A DNA stretch of 64,000 bases from Eutreptiella sp. 'Long Island Sound 2002' (taxonomy: Eukaryota; Protista; Euglenida), in NCBI GenBank assembly GCA_964036045.1, contig OZ038378.1:14818001-14882000 (forward strand), written 5' to 3'. A program made the translations under genes and the position numbers. The notes under the pieces were generated by a model. It was not told the origin of the DNA. It did not search any database and saw only the letters and a list, made by a program, of their open reading frames with translations. This document shows, in pieces, positions 1 through 11,326 of the stretch (within the stretch, counting starts at the first letter, position 1; every line of letters starts with the position of its first letter).

Positions 1-348
1 GGGGTTGGGGTGCACATCTCCGCATTGGAGGACCCAGTTGGTGTTATATGGCGTGTTATATGGGCTGGTTACCGTGGTGATCGTGACAGGTGCATGGTAG
101 CGGCATGGCGCTGCCGTGATTGGGGCGGTCGGGGTGTGGAAGAAACAGACGATATAGAGGAGGAGTAGGCCTGGCTGCCATATACGGTAACTATGGGGGT
201 TGGGGCCCCGTGCGTAACCGTGCCGGTGCCGTAACGGCGGGGTATATCGTCTGCGGACTCTCCGGTTCACGGGGAGTAGATATACCGGCCCCTCAGTATG
301 CGTGGGGGCCAGGAGTAGGAGGAGGGCCATAATGGCGATGCAGGGCAT
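1..348 (-). CDS. N-terminus of putative ORF2 (pol leader), open to the window edge, ending in a 2A-like motif
   Basis: Manual translation from ATG 348: MPCIAIMALLLLLAPTHTEGPVYLLPVNRRVRRRYTPPLRHRHGYARGPNPHSYRIWQPGLLLLYIVCFFHTPTAPITAAPCRYHAPVTITTVTSPYNTPYNTNWVLQCGDVHPNP, with no stop. Absent from the ORF track because it is edge-truncated. Confidence 0.6.
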   Translation of the reverse strand, partial: MPCIAIMALLLLLAPTHTEGPVYLLPVNRRVRRRYTPPLRHRHGYARGPNPHSYRIWQPGLLLLYIVCFFHTPTAPITAAPCRYHAPVTITTVTSPYNTPYNTNWVLQCGDVHPNP

Positions 349-362
349 GAGGAACAGGCACC

Positions 363-2396
363 TCACTTTTTCCCTTTGCCCTGCGGGTTTTTTGGCGGCC
401 CCTTTCCTTTCCCCTTGTGTCTGTTGTCCACGGTGAAGGCAGCCGTACTGTCTGCTTGTTGTGTGGATTGCGGCGATGCAGGTGCTGCCTTCTTCTTTTT
501 TGGTGGTGGCGTTGTTTTTGTGGGCGTTTTCTGTGGTGTCTTGTTGTGGGCCTTGGTTTTCTGTGCTGGGTGTGACTGCCGTGCGTGTGTTGTGGTTAAT
601 TTTGCCGGGTTGTCTGGTTGCTGGACGGGGGTTTCATCCGTGTCCATGGTGGCCACATTTGGGTGGGTGTCTGATGGGGTGTCGTCGTTAGTGGTATGGC
701 CGAGTTCGTTCAGGATGGCCTCGTCCCAGTCTGCCACGTTGATGGGTTCCGGCTCTGCGAACAGCTGCTTTTCCCTGTTGATTTCCTTGATGACGCGTTC
801 AGTCATCATGTCTGAGCCCAGTTGTTTCCCTGCCTTCATTTGTCTCCTGAAGGCCGCGTCGTCGCCCGTTTCCTGCGGCATTTTGTGCGCGAGCATCTGG
901 TCGATGCGCTCTGCCGCCTGTGTGTCCGTGTTGTCATCTCCTAGCGTGATGTGGACGTATTCACCGGGTGCCACTCCGATGTATTGTCCGGCACTGAGGG
1001 CCACTGCCGTGGCGTGCTGGTATTGGAGGGAGGCGTAGGTGCAGCCCGCGTCGCTCCACATGTTGGGTTCCGGCTTCCAGCTGGTCCAGCATCCAAAGAA
1101 TGATGCCACGACTTTCGCCGTGTCGTCTCCTGCACCCTGTGTCCACCCTACGAACACCGTCGTGGTGTCGTGCCTAGTCGGTTTTGGCGGTCGCTTGATG
1201 TCCCTAGAGCGGCTCGTGGACTGTGTCCAGTTGTTGCGGTTGAGGATGACGTTGGTCATCACGTGGACCAGTTCGTAGCTTTTCATGCCCTTTAGTAGTT
1301 GGGCAATCAAGCGTCGGTCTGCGTCTGGGTGGAATTGTACCAGTAGACGGTATGAGTCCACTGGTCGGAACCCCTTGAGGAAGGATGCAATGCTCCTTCC
1401 TAGCTCGAGCTGTTCCCTGTCCAGGTCGTCCAGTATCTCCTGTACGGACGTTATTCTGTCTTCTTTGTGTTCCGTGTATTGTTGTCTCAGTATATACAGG
1501 CTCTCATAGTCCGTTTCGGTGAGCCAGTAGGGTCCAGGGTTGCCGGCGTTTTCCTCCTCTTGTTTTATGGTCTGCAGTGCTTGTGTCAAGCGAGGCAGCA
1601 ATTGCATGGGCAGGTGTAGTCTCCAGGCGTGCGACCCACTTTGCCCCGCGGTGTGTTCGGATGCGCACTTCCACCGAAAAGTGTTGTGGGGGTCTTTGCT
1701 TGCTATGGTGGATGCGACGTCAGACTGGTGGCCGTTGATCCGTTTCATAAATGCGTCTCGCGTCCTAATGCCCGTTTCTGGTGGGCACTCCACTACGATT
1801 GTAGTCTTGGCCGGTTCTGGTTGTAGTGTGTCTGTGCGGTCTTCCAGTCCCACTTGTATGGGTGTGCCCTTCGTGAGTGCGTATGTTTTGTGCGTGGGCT
1901 CGTGTCCCATCTTTATGGTGTTGTCCAGGTGGAGGACCATGATGGGTTTGGGTTGTAGGTGGTCGACCATAGTTTCGTGTTCCGGGGACCACTTGCGCAC
2001 GGGGAATTTGTCGAATTGGTATACGCCCCTTACATAGCGGGCCAGTTTGCGCAGGGGGGCGCGGTGGAGGCAGTCCATGCGGTAGGTTTGTAGTGCTGTA
2101 ATGTCTTGGCGGTCCGCCTCGTAAGCCAGGATCAGTTCCTTGGCCCCCGGGTCGCCGAGTGCCCGTAGGACTTGGTCAACCCGTTCGTCCTCGCTTCCGC
2201 CCCATTCCGTTTGTATGGCGGCGCGCTGCATGCGTCGTTCATGGTTGCGGCGGGTCCCGGTTGCCTGTGGCAGTAGTAAGTATGTCTTGTTCCGGATGTC
2301 TGGGTTCCCCTTGATGGTCGGCTTCCGTGTGTACTGTGTATTGGTGTGCTTCGGCCATCTCGGATACCGTGTGTATACCGTCAGAGTCTGCCTCAT
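363..2396 (-). CDS. ORF1-like protein of the LINE element (RRM-like segments, basic disordered C-terminus)
   Basis: 677-aa uninterrupted ORF. The segment TTVFVG...DTAKVVASFFG...YASLQY...YVHIT resembles an RRM beta-alpha-beta pattern (inference). The tail is Lys/Pro-rich. Confidence 0.6.
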   Translation of the reverse strand: MRQTLTVYTRYPRWPKHTNTQYTRKPTIKGNPDIRNKTYLLLPQATGTRRNHERRMQRAAIQTEWGGSEDERVDQVLRALGDPGAKELILAYEADRQDITALQTYRMDCLHRAPLRKLARYVRGVYQFDKFPVRKWSPEHETMVDHLQPKPIMVLHLDNTIKMGHEPTHKTYALTKGTPIQVGLEDRTDTLQPEPAKTTIVVECPPETGIRTRDAFMKRINGHQSDVASTIASKDPHNTFRWKCASEHTAGQSGSHAWRLHLPMQLLPRLTQALQTIKQEEENAGNPGPYWLTETDYESLYILRQQYTEHKEDRITSVQEILDDLDREQLELGRSIASFLKGFRPVDSYRLLVQFHPDADRRLIAQLLKGMKSYELVHVMTNVILNRNNWTQSTSRSRDIKRPPKPTRHDTTTVFVGWTQGAGDDTAKVVASFFGCWTSWKPEPNMWSDAGCTYASLQYQHATAVALSAGQYIGVAPGEYVHITLGDDNTDTQAAERIDQMLAHKMPQETGDDAAFRRQMKAGKQLGSDMMTERVIKEINREKQLFAEPEPINVADWDEAILNELGHTTNDDTPSDTHPNVATMDTDETPVQQPDNPAKLTTTHARQSHPAQKTKAHNKTPQKTPTKTTPPPKKKKAAPASPQSTQQADSTAAFTVDNRHKGKGKGPPKNPQGKGKK

Positions 2397-3369
2397 GCCT
2401 CACCGTCATGACGTCGCGCAGTTTGTGTTGCGCAAACAGAGGGAGTTGGTAGGTGTTCCTGTCATACCATACCCCTTCCTGTGTTTGCCTCCTGATGTGC
2501 TCTGTGGTCACTGCACGGTTTGGGTGCTTTGTTAAGTAAGTTTTTAGTCTGGTTTGTGCGTCGTACACAACTGATGCTTTCAATGTGTCTTGCTCTGCTG
2601 TAGTCATTGGTTGTTGTGACGCGCCTGTGTTGAGCTTTACGAGTTCTTCTATGAGCTGGTATTCCGTAGGTGTGTGTATGGGTAGTTTGTCCAGTGGGTT
2701 GTTGCCGTCTTCGTGGAATGTGTATGCCTGTGTATCCTCTTGGGGTGGAGGGGGGACGTAACTAAGCCCTTCGGTGTGTTGGTCAGGTGGTGTGCTAGGT
2801 TCCCCATTCTGGGGGGGTTCCCGCTCAGTGGTATCCTCTGGTGGGGGGTTTGGGGTTGACTCCACGATGTCCGGGTTTTCCATTTCGTCCCCTTGGTCTT
2901 GCACACCAGTGTGCAGTCCGGACGTGTGTCTTTCGTAGTTTTCTGCCAGGGTGCGCACCATGCCATGGGGCGGGGCGTTGCTATCCGGGCCTGGGTTTGG
3001 TTCCACATCACCATCCTGCGTGGCATCCGGCACCCATTGGGTGTGTTGTGGGTAGACCACGTCTGGGGTAACGGATGTGATCCTGTCATGGCGCACGTCC
3101 GATGGGTGGTCGGGTGGCACCCAGTCGGTGGTGTCATACTCCAGGAGCAGGTCGTGTTGCAAGGGTTGGACCACGGCACGGCTGCTATATGTTTCAAATG
3201 CTGCATTGACACATAGACATCTCCATCTGTGCCAGCATCCAAGATTATGGCAACATGCAAATACGCTCAGAATTGCAACATCGAATGCCACCAAAACCTT
3301 TGGCTGTCCCCAATAAAAGAAAAAAACAACAAAAAAAACCCGCATTCCTGAATGACAGCCCTGCTGCAA
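2239..3369 (-). CDS. Upstream ORF containing the 2A motif; overlaps the 677-aa ORF in the +1 frame (probably one frameshifted ORF1)
   Basis: 376-aa ORF containing WVPDATQDGDVEPNPGP. The first ~60 codons (above ~3185) look like flanking non-element sequence. Confidence 0.5.
   Translation of the reverse strand: MQQGCHSGMRVFFVVFFFYWGQPKVLVAFDVAILSVFACCHNLGCWHRWRCLCVNAAFETYSSRAVVQPLQHDLLLEYDTTDWVPPDHPSDVRHDRITSVTPDVVYPQHTQWVPDATQDGDVEPNPGPDSNAPPHGMVRTLAENYERHTSGLHTGVQDQGDEMENPDIVESTPNPPPEDTTEREPPQNGEPSTPPDQHTEGLSYVPPPPQEDTQAYTFHEDGNNPLDKLPIHTPTEYQLIEELVKLNTGASQQPMTTAEQDTLKASVVYDAQTRLKTYLTKHPNRAVTTEHIRRQTQEGVWYDRNTYQLPLFAQHKLRDVMTVRHEADSDGIHTVSEMAEAHQYTVHTEADHQGEPRHPEQDILTTATGNRDPPQP
2986..3036 (-). 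other. 2A / StopGo ribosomal-skip motif WVPDATQDGDVEPNPG|P
   Basis: Exact D-V-E-x-N-P-G-P core, with upstream W-x-x-D-x-T-x-D-G context as in iflavirus-type 2As (WxxDLTxDGDVExNPGP). Confidence 0.85.
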
Positions 3370-4404
3370 GGTGATTTAGAGGGAACACACCGGCCACTGT
3401 GAGCAGGAGTGGAGCAAGTATGGGTGGGTCACTAGGCTGTTGGCCCGAACAGGGGTGATTTCTCTTGCATGAAGGTAAAGGATCTGTATTTTGGGGGTGG
3501 GCCATGACATCAGGTTTTGAAATAACCAGCAGTATCCTGACCTCATGCCACACTCACTTTTGGGGGTGATGGTGGGGGCGGGGGGTGATCCATCAACCAT
3601 TTGGGGGGTTGGCAGCAGCAAAAGGAGTTGATGCCGTTTGTGACACCCAGGAACCACCCAACAGGCCACCTTTCTAGGCTTAGCATCCACCTTACTGCGC
3701 TTAGTGCATGATGCCAGCACTGACTCTGCTCTGGATACATTTCAGCCGAATTGCGTGTTGCATGTGTTTCCCTCAATGGACGATTGTTTTTGGTGTAGGG
3801 TTGTGATGTGTGCTGGCTGGCGCTGTGCATTTGCTTCCGCTACACGCATGGCTTCACCACGGGCCACAGAAACCATGGGCCGGGGGTCATAAAATTTACT
3901 GTGTGTTTTTCACTGATTTTTGAATTCTCCCCAAATTCTGAGTATTCTGAATCTCAACAAATGTGGTGAAAACAGAAATTCACCAACTGCCGTATGCCTA
4001 AAACAAAACCTCCAGCGTGTCCGCCGCCCACAAAATCCATTGACCCATACAAACCCATACAACCATTTTCAGGTTCATTTCCACTGCAACAGTATTGGTG
4101 TGCTTCGGCTATGTACAGCGTAGTGATGTTGATATGTACATTTCGCTGAGGGTCATAGGCCTTGAGACGGCAGTTGGGTATGAAGATATAGCCGCAGCCG
4201 TCGCCAGATACTCTCTGCCTGCATGCTACCACAAGGGTGGAGCCGTCTCAGTTTGAGGGATTCAAGGCACTCATTCGGCCATACTAAGCTGGCACCTTAG
4301 GGGTCGTGGTGGGGGGAGAGTGAACAAGCTCAAATCTCTGTGCTGGGAAGAGGCAAAGTGTGCAAAATGCGTTGCTGTGTCGAGTAACAAAAAGTGGGAT
4401 GATA

Positions 4405-5144
4405 GGGGGAGTCTTTGCACTGCGCGCGCACTGCGCGCTACTTTTAGACTATGTTCCCCCCGAAGAGCCCCCAAGCAAACCCCTTGGAAACGCCCTTAGA
4501 ATTAGGTGACCCAAACTGCCCTAGCTCAAGAAAGCTGCAAACTACCTTCCCTTCACATAACACACATCATGCACAACTGGAAAAGCCATGAACAGCGCAT
4601 TGGTCGCCACCCTCAAGAACACAGAACTGTCTCTCTGTTCCACCTGTCTTTGAATCAAAAATTGCTGCAAATGCAAGAGTACACGCACTTACTCATGCAA
4701 CTCCGTACCGGATCCCCTCCATATGTTCCTTACGATGCCCCGGTGCCACATGCGTGCAAACAAGTGCTCAATGCGTGCCCTATAGAAACCATGAACATCA
4801 TTGTACTCCTTTTGCCGCTCGGTCAACGTCTTTCGACCGATAAATGGCCATGCCACATGGAGGCGCCCCTTGTATGCACCATCCATGGAGCCAATCTCAT
4901 AATCCATACAATGTCCCTTCACTTTCCTCAATAGCACCGGAAGGTTAGGGCCCAAAAGAGGGCGGAAATGCTACGTCACCCTTGCATTCTCGGGGGGGTC
5001 CCCAAACAAAGGGGGACAAAATCAGAAGTCAAAACCTCCGCTAGGGGTCACCCTGATGTCCCTAGTATCTCAAAGTATGGGTCTCTAGTACGGCCAGACG
5101 CCCAAATAGTTGCACTGCGCGCGCACTGCGCTTGAGGCGCCCCC
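4405..5144 (-). mobile_element. Defective PIF/Harbinger/ISL2EU-like (DDE_Tnp_4) transposon, subfamily B
   Basis: Ends are GGGGGAGTCTTTGC and GGCGCCCCC, flanked by ATA/ATA (4402-4404, 5145-5147). The left subterminal region is homologous to the copies at 6303 and 11327. The internal fragment reads DGAYKG...YNDVHGFYRARIEHLF. Confidence 0.7.
4560..4955 (-). pseudogene. DDE_Tnp_4 transposase fragment (C-terminal half of the catalytic core)
   Basis: MDGAYKGRLHVAWPFIGRKTLTERQKEYNDVHGFYRARIEHLFARMWHRGIVRNIWR matches D-x-x-Y...N...R-x-x-(I/V)-E of the IS5/Harbinger DDE family. There is an in-frame stop at 4689. Confidence 0.8.
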
Positions 5145-6302
5145 ATAGAAAAGGGAACATGTTCATTGAAGACTTAGACTGCCTATAGTATCTCGGTCTG
5201 GCGGATGCGCAGCCGGCGCCGAAAACAAATGGCGCCGGTTCGAGCCCAACCGAAGGCACTCCTCTTCTGCCAGCAGGCACAAGAAGATTATGAGGAGGAG
5301 GCGCGCCTCCCCGCCGCCGACATAGTTGGTAGCAGGGCGCAAAGCTGTAGGCGGCTGGCTCCAGGCTGCCTCATTTTTTGCATGTAACCTGTGGCCTCCG
5401 CTTGCAATCACGTGGAGGTACAAAAACTAGGGGGCACAAACATCTGTTCCATAGCTATTGTATTGATGCGCTTCAAAAAACCGGAGACACACCACCCCTC
5501 CCCCGACGCTATCGGTGGAGGAGCGCACAATTGCCGGGGGCGGTGGTGGGGACCACACCAACGGGCCCTTGACCGTGTGGACGAGACGAGGATTCCAACC
5601 CCGGTTGTGACAATGTGAGTCTATGTCACTGTCCGTTTGAGTAGGCCATGTTTCTTACTCCAAACAAACGGAGTTCCTTTGCGTTATAGTTGATGTGATT
5701 GGAAAAAGATGGACTGATTCTGATTATGTGAGGGGTCCACTGACGTTAGTGGCGCTGTCGTGGTTGTACAGTAGGTTTGTGGAGCCCCCCCCCCCCCCCC
5801 CCGCCCCCTTGGGGTCGGGTCTTGGCCGGTAGCAGCCCCCATGGTCCACGACCATTGCCGTTCCCGAGCAGTGCACCGCAGCTTCCGAAATAGAGCTTGT
5901 GAGGTGATCCCCTTGTGTCGGAGAACAAATGCAGCCATATTCCCATGGAGCAAAGGGTCGTGCTTGGTGGGTTTGTGGCCTGGTTAGTGGAGGCAAGCGG
6001 CGACGAACTATTGTCCCCTTGACATACGCCTGTTCAGTGGCATCCAGCTCCTTTAAAGACAGGGCAACAATCAAAGGAATGAGGAATAATGGTTGAACCC
6101 CAATCTTGGTCGCAAGACTAGGTTTAATGAGGGAGAATGCTTCGAACTTGGTCACACAGCCTAAGACATAAAACACCGAACCTTCGACAACGATTTCATG
6201 GGACCAGGTGTGGCGGACATTTAGGCAGAATGTGTCTAAGATAGGAATGCGTATTCATGTAGGCAAAGAGAACCGCGGATGCTTGCACACACACACTTCG
6301 TT

Positions 6303-6872
6303 GGGGGAACGTTTGCCCGGCGCGCGCCCGGCGCGCTACTTTTCTATTAACTATCCCAACTTCAGCCGCAGATTAACCCTCTCATGGAGAAGCCCCCCAA
6401 GTAGACCACGTTGGACTGTACACCTTCCCTACAAAGCACTTTGCGTAATAAGGCAATAGCTGTGAATTCAACAACTCCAAGTGTCAATTGTATTGTACTT
6501 AACAAATAACATTGGTCCCACAAGTGTGGGTGTCAATACATTCGGCACAATAGTGCTCTTCACACTCACCAGCAAATTCTGATGGTGGAATGCTTCCGAC
6601 AATACAACACACACACTTTTGCCTCATCCTCTGCCTCATCTCGCATGGTGGCTGAGTTGCTTTTGTTAGTCCAGACATGAGGCGGGACATGCCCCCATGG
6701 TCCATAGGGGGTCTGACGCAGGGTCCCCATGGTGGGGAGAAATGAATATGGCTACATCACCCCTGCCTAGATGTCCAAATAGTTGCACTGCGCGCGCAGT
6801 GCACTTACCTAAAAGGTGGGGCATGGGTCAAAAAAGATGCGCGGCGCGCGCCTAGCGCGCTAACGCTCCCCT
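6303..6872 (-). mobile_element. 570-bp internally deleted (MITE-like) copy of the DDE_Tnp_4 family
   Basis: Left end GGGGGAACGTTTGC, right end GCTAACGCTCCCCT, TSD GTT/GTT (6300-6302, 6873-6875). It retains the Cys-rich C-terminal coding segment with a frameshift. Confidence 0.8.
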
Positions 6873-9800
6873 GTTGGGTGTTGTTGGGCCCGTTGGGCCC
6901 AAGCCAAGCAACCACCCACAAAGCGGAGTGAGGAGGGGGGGGGGGGGGGTGTTACCATCCGATATTCAAAGAATGGGCTACTTTAGAGGCTTATTACCAT
7001 CCGCAATTCCATGTAACGACAAACTTTAAAGTTTGTGACCATCCGCACTTCAATAAAAACAGTGCTTTGGCAATGTGTTTCCATTGGCAGTTCAATGAAA
7101 AGACTGCTTTGGAGTTGTGTCGTCACCCGTAGTTCCATGAAATGACAACCTTCGGGGTGCGTTACCCTCAACACGTCGGTCGGTACCAAAAAATCTATGC
7201 TACCCAGTAAGCTGCATGTGGTGTGCAAAAATAGGCAAGAAACCGTAAGAGGGAGGCATCCCACCACCGCACACTTTACCACCACACCGTGCTATTTGGG
7301 CTCAATCACGGTCGGTAACAGATACTGGATGCCCCTGCCCAGGCAATTCCAGCCAATGTTATTATTATTATCCAGCTGTGCTATTTGGCTTGAAATGGGG
7401 CATGCCCATGTAAACTGAAATGCAAAACCTTTGCAAGATGGTGCACGAACAATATTGAAGCACGACACAGCATTGCAGCAACAAACCCAAGGCAATCATC
7501 ATGCAAAAGAAGCGAATGATTGAAACAGGACACAGGGTCAGAAGACAGGGGGAATCATACAGAAACGTGTTCCTCCCCTGTCCATGCTATGCCAAATTCC
7601 AAATGAATATGGCATATGGCATCAACACCCACTGCAGCATAGCAATAAATACAGCGGTGGTCGTCGTTCTCGCAACTGCATCTCAGTACATTCAATATAA
7701 AAAGCCGCAAAAGAGCGACATAAATAACAGTAATCGAGGCGCAAAGAGCCCACGCAATTTGCCAAGTTACGGTGCGTCCAAGGTGTGGTCTGGTGCCCAT
7801 GCATCTGGTGCATGGAGGCACCTATGGATTTGACAATTTCCCCAGCACTCCCGTCTGCCCTGCGCACTTATCAACACTGCATTCTGGGCCTTTGTCCCAG
7901 ATGCACATCACATCTGTGCCCCCAAGGCCCCCTCAGTTGCTCATACTCTGAGTTGACAGATATTGCATAGTGACCTACTGTAGCTTGCACAAAGCCATGA
8001 TGGGGGGGCTCAATGGTGGAAGGAATTCATTTTAAGGAGCTATAGTCCATGGGTCCATCGCCATATCTACACCAAACCTGACATCGGCGACAGGCCATTA
8101 AGGCAGTTAGATTGGCTGGAACCTGTATGACAAGAGGCTCCATCTGTAGTGCAAATTATGTTTGCTCTGTGGACGCTCTGCCATGAACTACCTGGGCTGC
8201 TGGAGACCTGTCGACCTGCATCATAGAATACAGCATGGTGGAGTGTGTGGGGGCGGGCTCAGGAACCCAGCCCCTGCCCCAGCCCCTGGGCCCAATGGTG
8301 AGCTGTGCCCCAGCTACAGGAGCCCTGAGTCATGAAAAGAAAATTGTGCACAGCTCAAGCACAACCTAGAAATAGGAATAGGAATAGAAATGATCAAAAT
8401 AGACAACCTGAGGGGCCATAAATTGACATGCAGCCTGCACACACCATGTGTGCAGATGCCACATCTCTACTTCTGGTTGGGGGGGGGGGGGGGCAAAGAG
8501 TTGAATTTGCCCAGTGTGTGCACAGTGTACAGTGCGCGCTTGAAGGGTTATTGTAAACAAGCATCACATAAGACACAGCATATTTACAAGAGCAGACAGG
8601 GGGTGCAATAGATCCGTTGGTACTATTTGATAAAAGGGTGCAAAGAGAGATGAAAGAGCAAAATGCTGCAATGAAGGCTTTGGCCCAAATACCCGAATAC
8701 CCGAATATACATATATATATAGACAGAGCAGTATATACAGGGCGCACTTCAAACCGTTGCTTGCTCCCATGCGCCCATTGTGAGTCATGGCACACAAGCA
8801 TTAAGAATCAAAACGGCCGAAGATCCTGTGACCCCCCCCCGTGCGTCCCCTGGGACACGCAACTGGAACATGGCTCTGGTAGAGTGATGGCGAGCAGTCT
8901 GTGACCCACTGAGCATCAAGAAGCAGGTAAAATCGCGGCATCCATGACGGGACTTGAATCATACTTTGCATCACGGATTTCTTTGTATTTGTGTGTCTGT
9001 TGGGTACCCAGTGAGCCCCGAGTTACTCTTGAGAAAACTGCATTCTACACGTGGCATGCACAGTGGCATCCCCTGTGCGCACACCTGAATACTTATGTGA
9101 GCTGGCTCTGATGGCTCTGACACGGCTCTGACATCAAATTGCAAAAAGCCTATGAAGAATAGTGAAAACTTAAAGGTGAGTCCTCTGAGGCATCCCTTTC
9201 TGTGTGTTTTGTGTTCTCAGTCTTACGTTTCCTGCGCTGGTGCACGGTCGCTGTGCCAGGAAAGGATGCCAGAAAAGATGCAGCATGATTGAATAATATA
9301 AAACAGGAGTGTTGAGCTATCCAAAGTCAGCAGAAATTGCATGTGGAGGATCTTAATGTCTTGGCTGCTGTCACAGGGTATTGCAGGAGTATCAGTCGCA
9401 TTGCATACACCCATACTTTTGACATCCTTGTGTTAATATTGTTACCTTTCCAAGGTTAACCATGGCCATCTTGACACCATGTGTGCCTGCAGTTCTGTCA
9501 GTCGCACACTTGGCAACTGGACTGGCATGAGGGCAAAAGAAAGGTTATACCTTGTCTGGTCCAAGTTGGCAATGACAAGATACAATGTCCAACTGTGGGA
9601 CCGGACCATAGCAATGTTCGTGCACTGTACGCGCACTGCGTAGGGACTGTGTGTGCACTGCGTAGGGACTGTGTGTGCACTGCGTGCATAGCAAAACCCA
9701 CTGGATACGAATCCCTCTTAAAAAAGAGCACTTCTGTGTAGCAAGGAAAGGTAGCAACAGCATGCAAGCACCCATCGCGGTGGAGGATGGCGGAGGGAGC

Positions 9801-10301
9801 AACGGGTGGCGTAAAGTGCCTCACACAAGAGAAAATGTCATACATGGGGTCCTCACTAAGGCCCTAAGGCCCTCGTTATGAAGCGGGCCCTTGGACCCGC
9901 CCCCCCCCCACCATAGAGGGAGCATCTGCACGGCGCGCGTACTAGGAGCTACTTTTATGGCAAATTTACCCGGAACAGCCAGAGTTTTACCCCCTCCCAA
10001 AATAGACTTTGATTGTTGTAGCCCCCCCCCATTGTATAAGCTACGCCAATTAGGGACCGTATTTATTTGGGACTTAAGTCCCAAATTAATACGGTCCCTA
10101 CACCTATTGTAGCTTGGACACGGGCGTAGCTTGCGCGCGACACATGCAACTACCAACACACACCTAAGTGAGCGCATAGTATGAGTGCACCTCAACCTTC
10201 ACCCATGTTCCCAAAAGCATGCAAACACAAGAAAGTGTTTGAAACATGGAAATTCAGGCTCACACCCATGTTCTCACAAGCAATGAAGCATGAGAAGCCT
10301 A

Positions 10302-10896
10302 CCGGCGCGCTACTTTTCTATAAACTATCCCAACTTCAGCCCCAGATTTACCCTCTCATGGAGAAGCCCCCCAAGTAGACCATATTGCACTGCACACCTT
10401 CCCTACAAAGCACGTGGCATGATAAGGCAATATCTGTGAATTCAGCAACTCCAACTGTCATTTGTATTGTACTTATCAAACATTGGTCCCACAAGTGTGG
10501 GTGTCAATATATTCAGTACAATAGTGCTCCTTACACTCATCACAAACTGCGACGGTGGAGTGCCTCTGGCAACACAACACACACACTTCTGCCTCATCCT
10601 CTTCTGCCTCATCTGGCGTGGCGGCCGAGTTGCTTTGGTCAGTCCAAACATGAGGCGGGACATGCTCCCATGGTCCGTAGGGGGGGTGATGGACTTGCCT
10701 GCGGATGCAAAACTGTGTAAAATGGGGTCACCATGATGCTCCTAGTATCTCAAAGTATGGGTCTCTAGTACAGCCAGACGCCCAAATAGCTGCACTCTGC
10801 TAAGTGCGCCCCCTTAGTGCACCCCCTAAAATGCCACTGGTGGGGCGCGGGTCCAAAAAGATGCCCGGCGCGCGCCCGGCGCGCTAACGTTCCCCC
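10302..10896 (-). mobile_element. Left-truncated MITE-like copy of the DDE_Tnp_4 family
   Basis: Closely similar to 11327-11770 and 6320-6700. Intact right end GCTAACGTTCCCCC; the left TIR is missing. Confidence 0.8.
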
Positions 10897-11326
10897 ATGG
10901 TGTATGATTGCAAGAAGGGTTTCCAAGCCGAACATGAACAACTGTACATTCTCACCACTTAAAGATGCCTTTGCAGATGCCTTTGCCTAAGGTTTAGGGG
11001 ATGGTCTGGGCTGAGGCAACTTCAAGTTCTTGGGACTGAATTGCCTTGCATGTGGTCTCTTGTAAAATACAACTTCCCATCAAAGGCATGGGCCATTTCC
11101 CACCCACCTCGGGCAGCCTCATCCCAAACAAATTCAGTAGGAGCATCATCGGAGTCACTAGAATCATCACTTGAAGAAGAGGACTCAGATGTGGGGTGGG
11201 TTCAAGTGGGCAAACACTCACAACAAATGTGTCCATTTTGCATTCCATGGTGCTTCTACACATTGGAGACTCTCATACACGAGGCTCAAACAAACGGAGC
11301 AACACAATGCATGCAAAATCAATAAT

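Larger units (their letters stand above)
1..3185 (-). mobile_element. Non-LTR (LINE-like) retrotransposon, 5' part; continues beyond the left window edge
   Basis: 2A motif, then a long ORF1-like region with RRM-like segments and a basic Pro/Lys/Thr tail, then a second ORF running off the edge at LQCGDVHPNP. 2A-like motifs before the APE domain are typical of CR1/L2/ingi-type LINEs. RT and endonuclease are not in the window. The 5' boundary is approximate (composition shift near 3185). Confidence 0.65.

Noticed and set aside
363-375. -1 frameshift site between ORF1 and ORF2 (GGG AAA AAG UGA)
   Set aside because: ORF2 is in the -1 frame, but there is no in-phase X XXY YYZ heptamer and ORF2 has its own ATG 15 nt downstream of the stop.
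1530-1553. Third 2A motif (ENAGNPGP) inside ORF1
   Set aside because: It has NPGP but lacks the D-(V/I)-E core required for skipping.
9916-10150. Fifth copy of the GGGGG-TIR family
   Set aside because: Only a degenerate left end is recognisable, with no matching right end or TSD.
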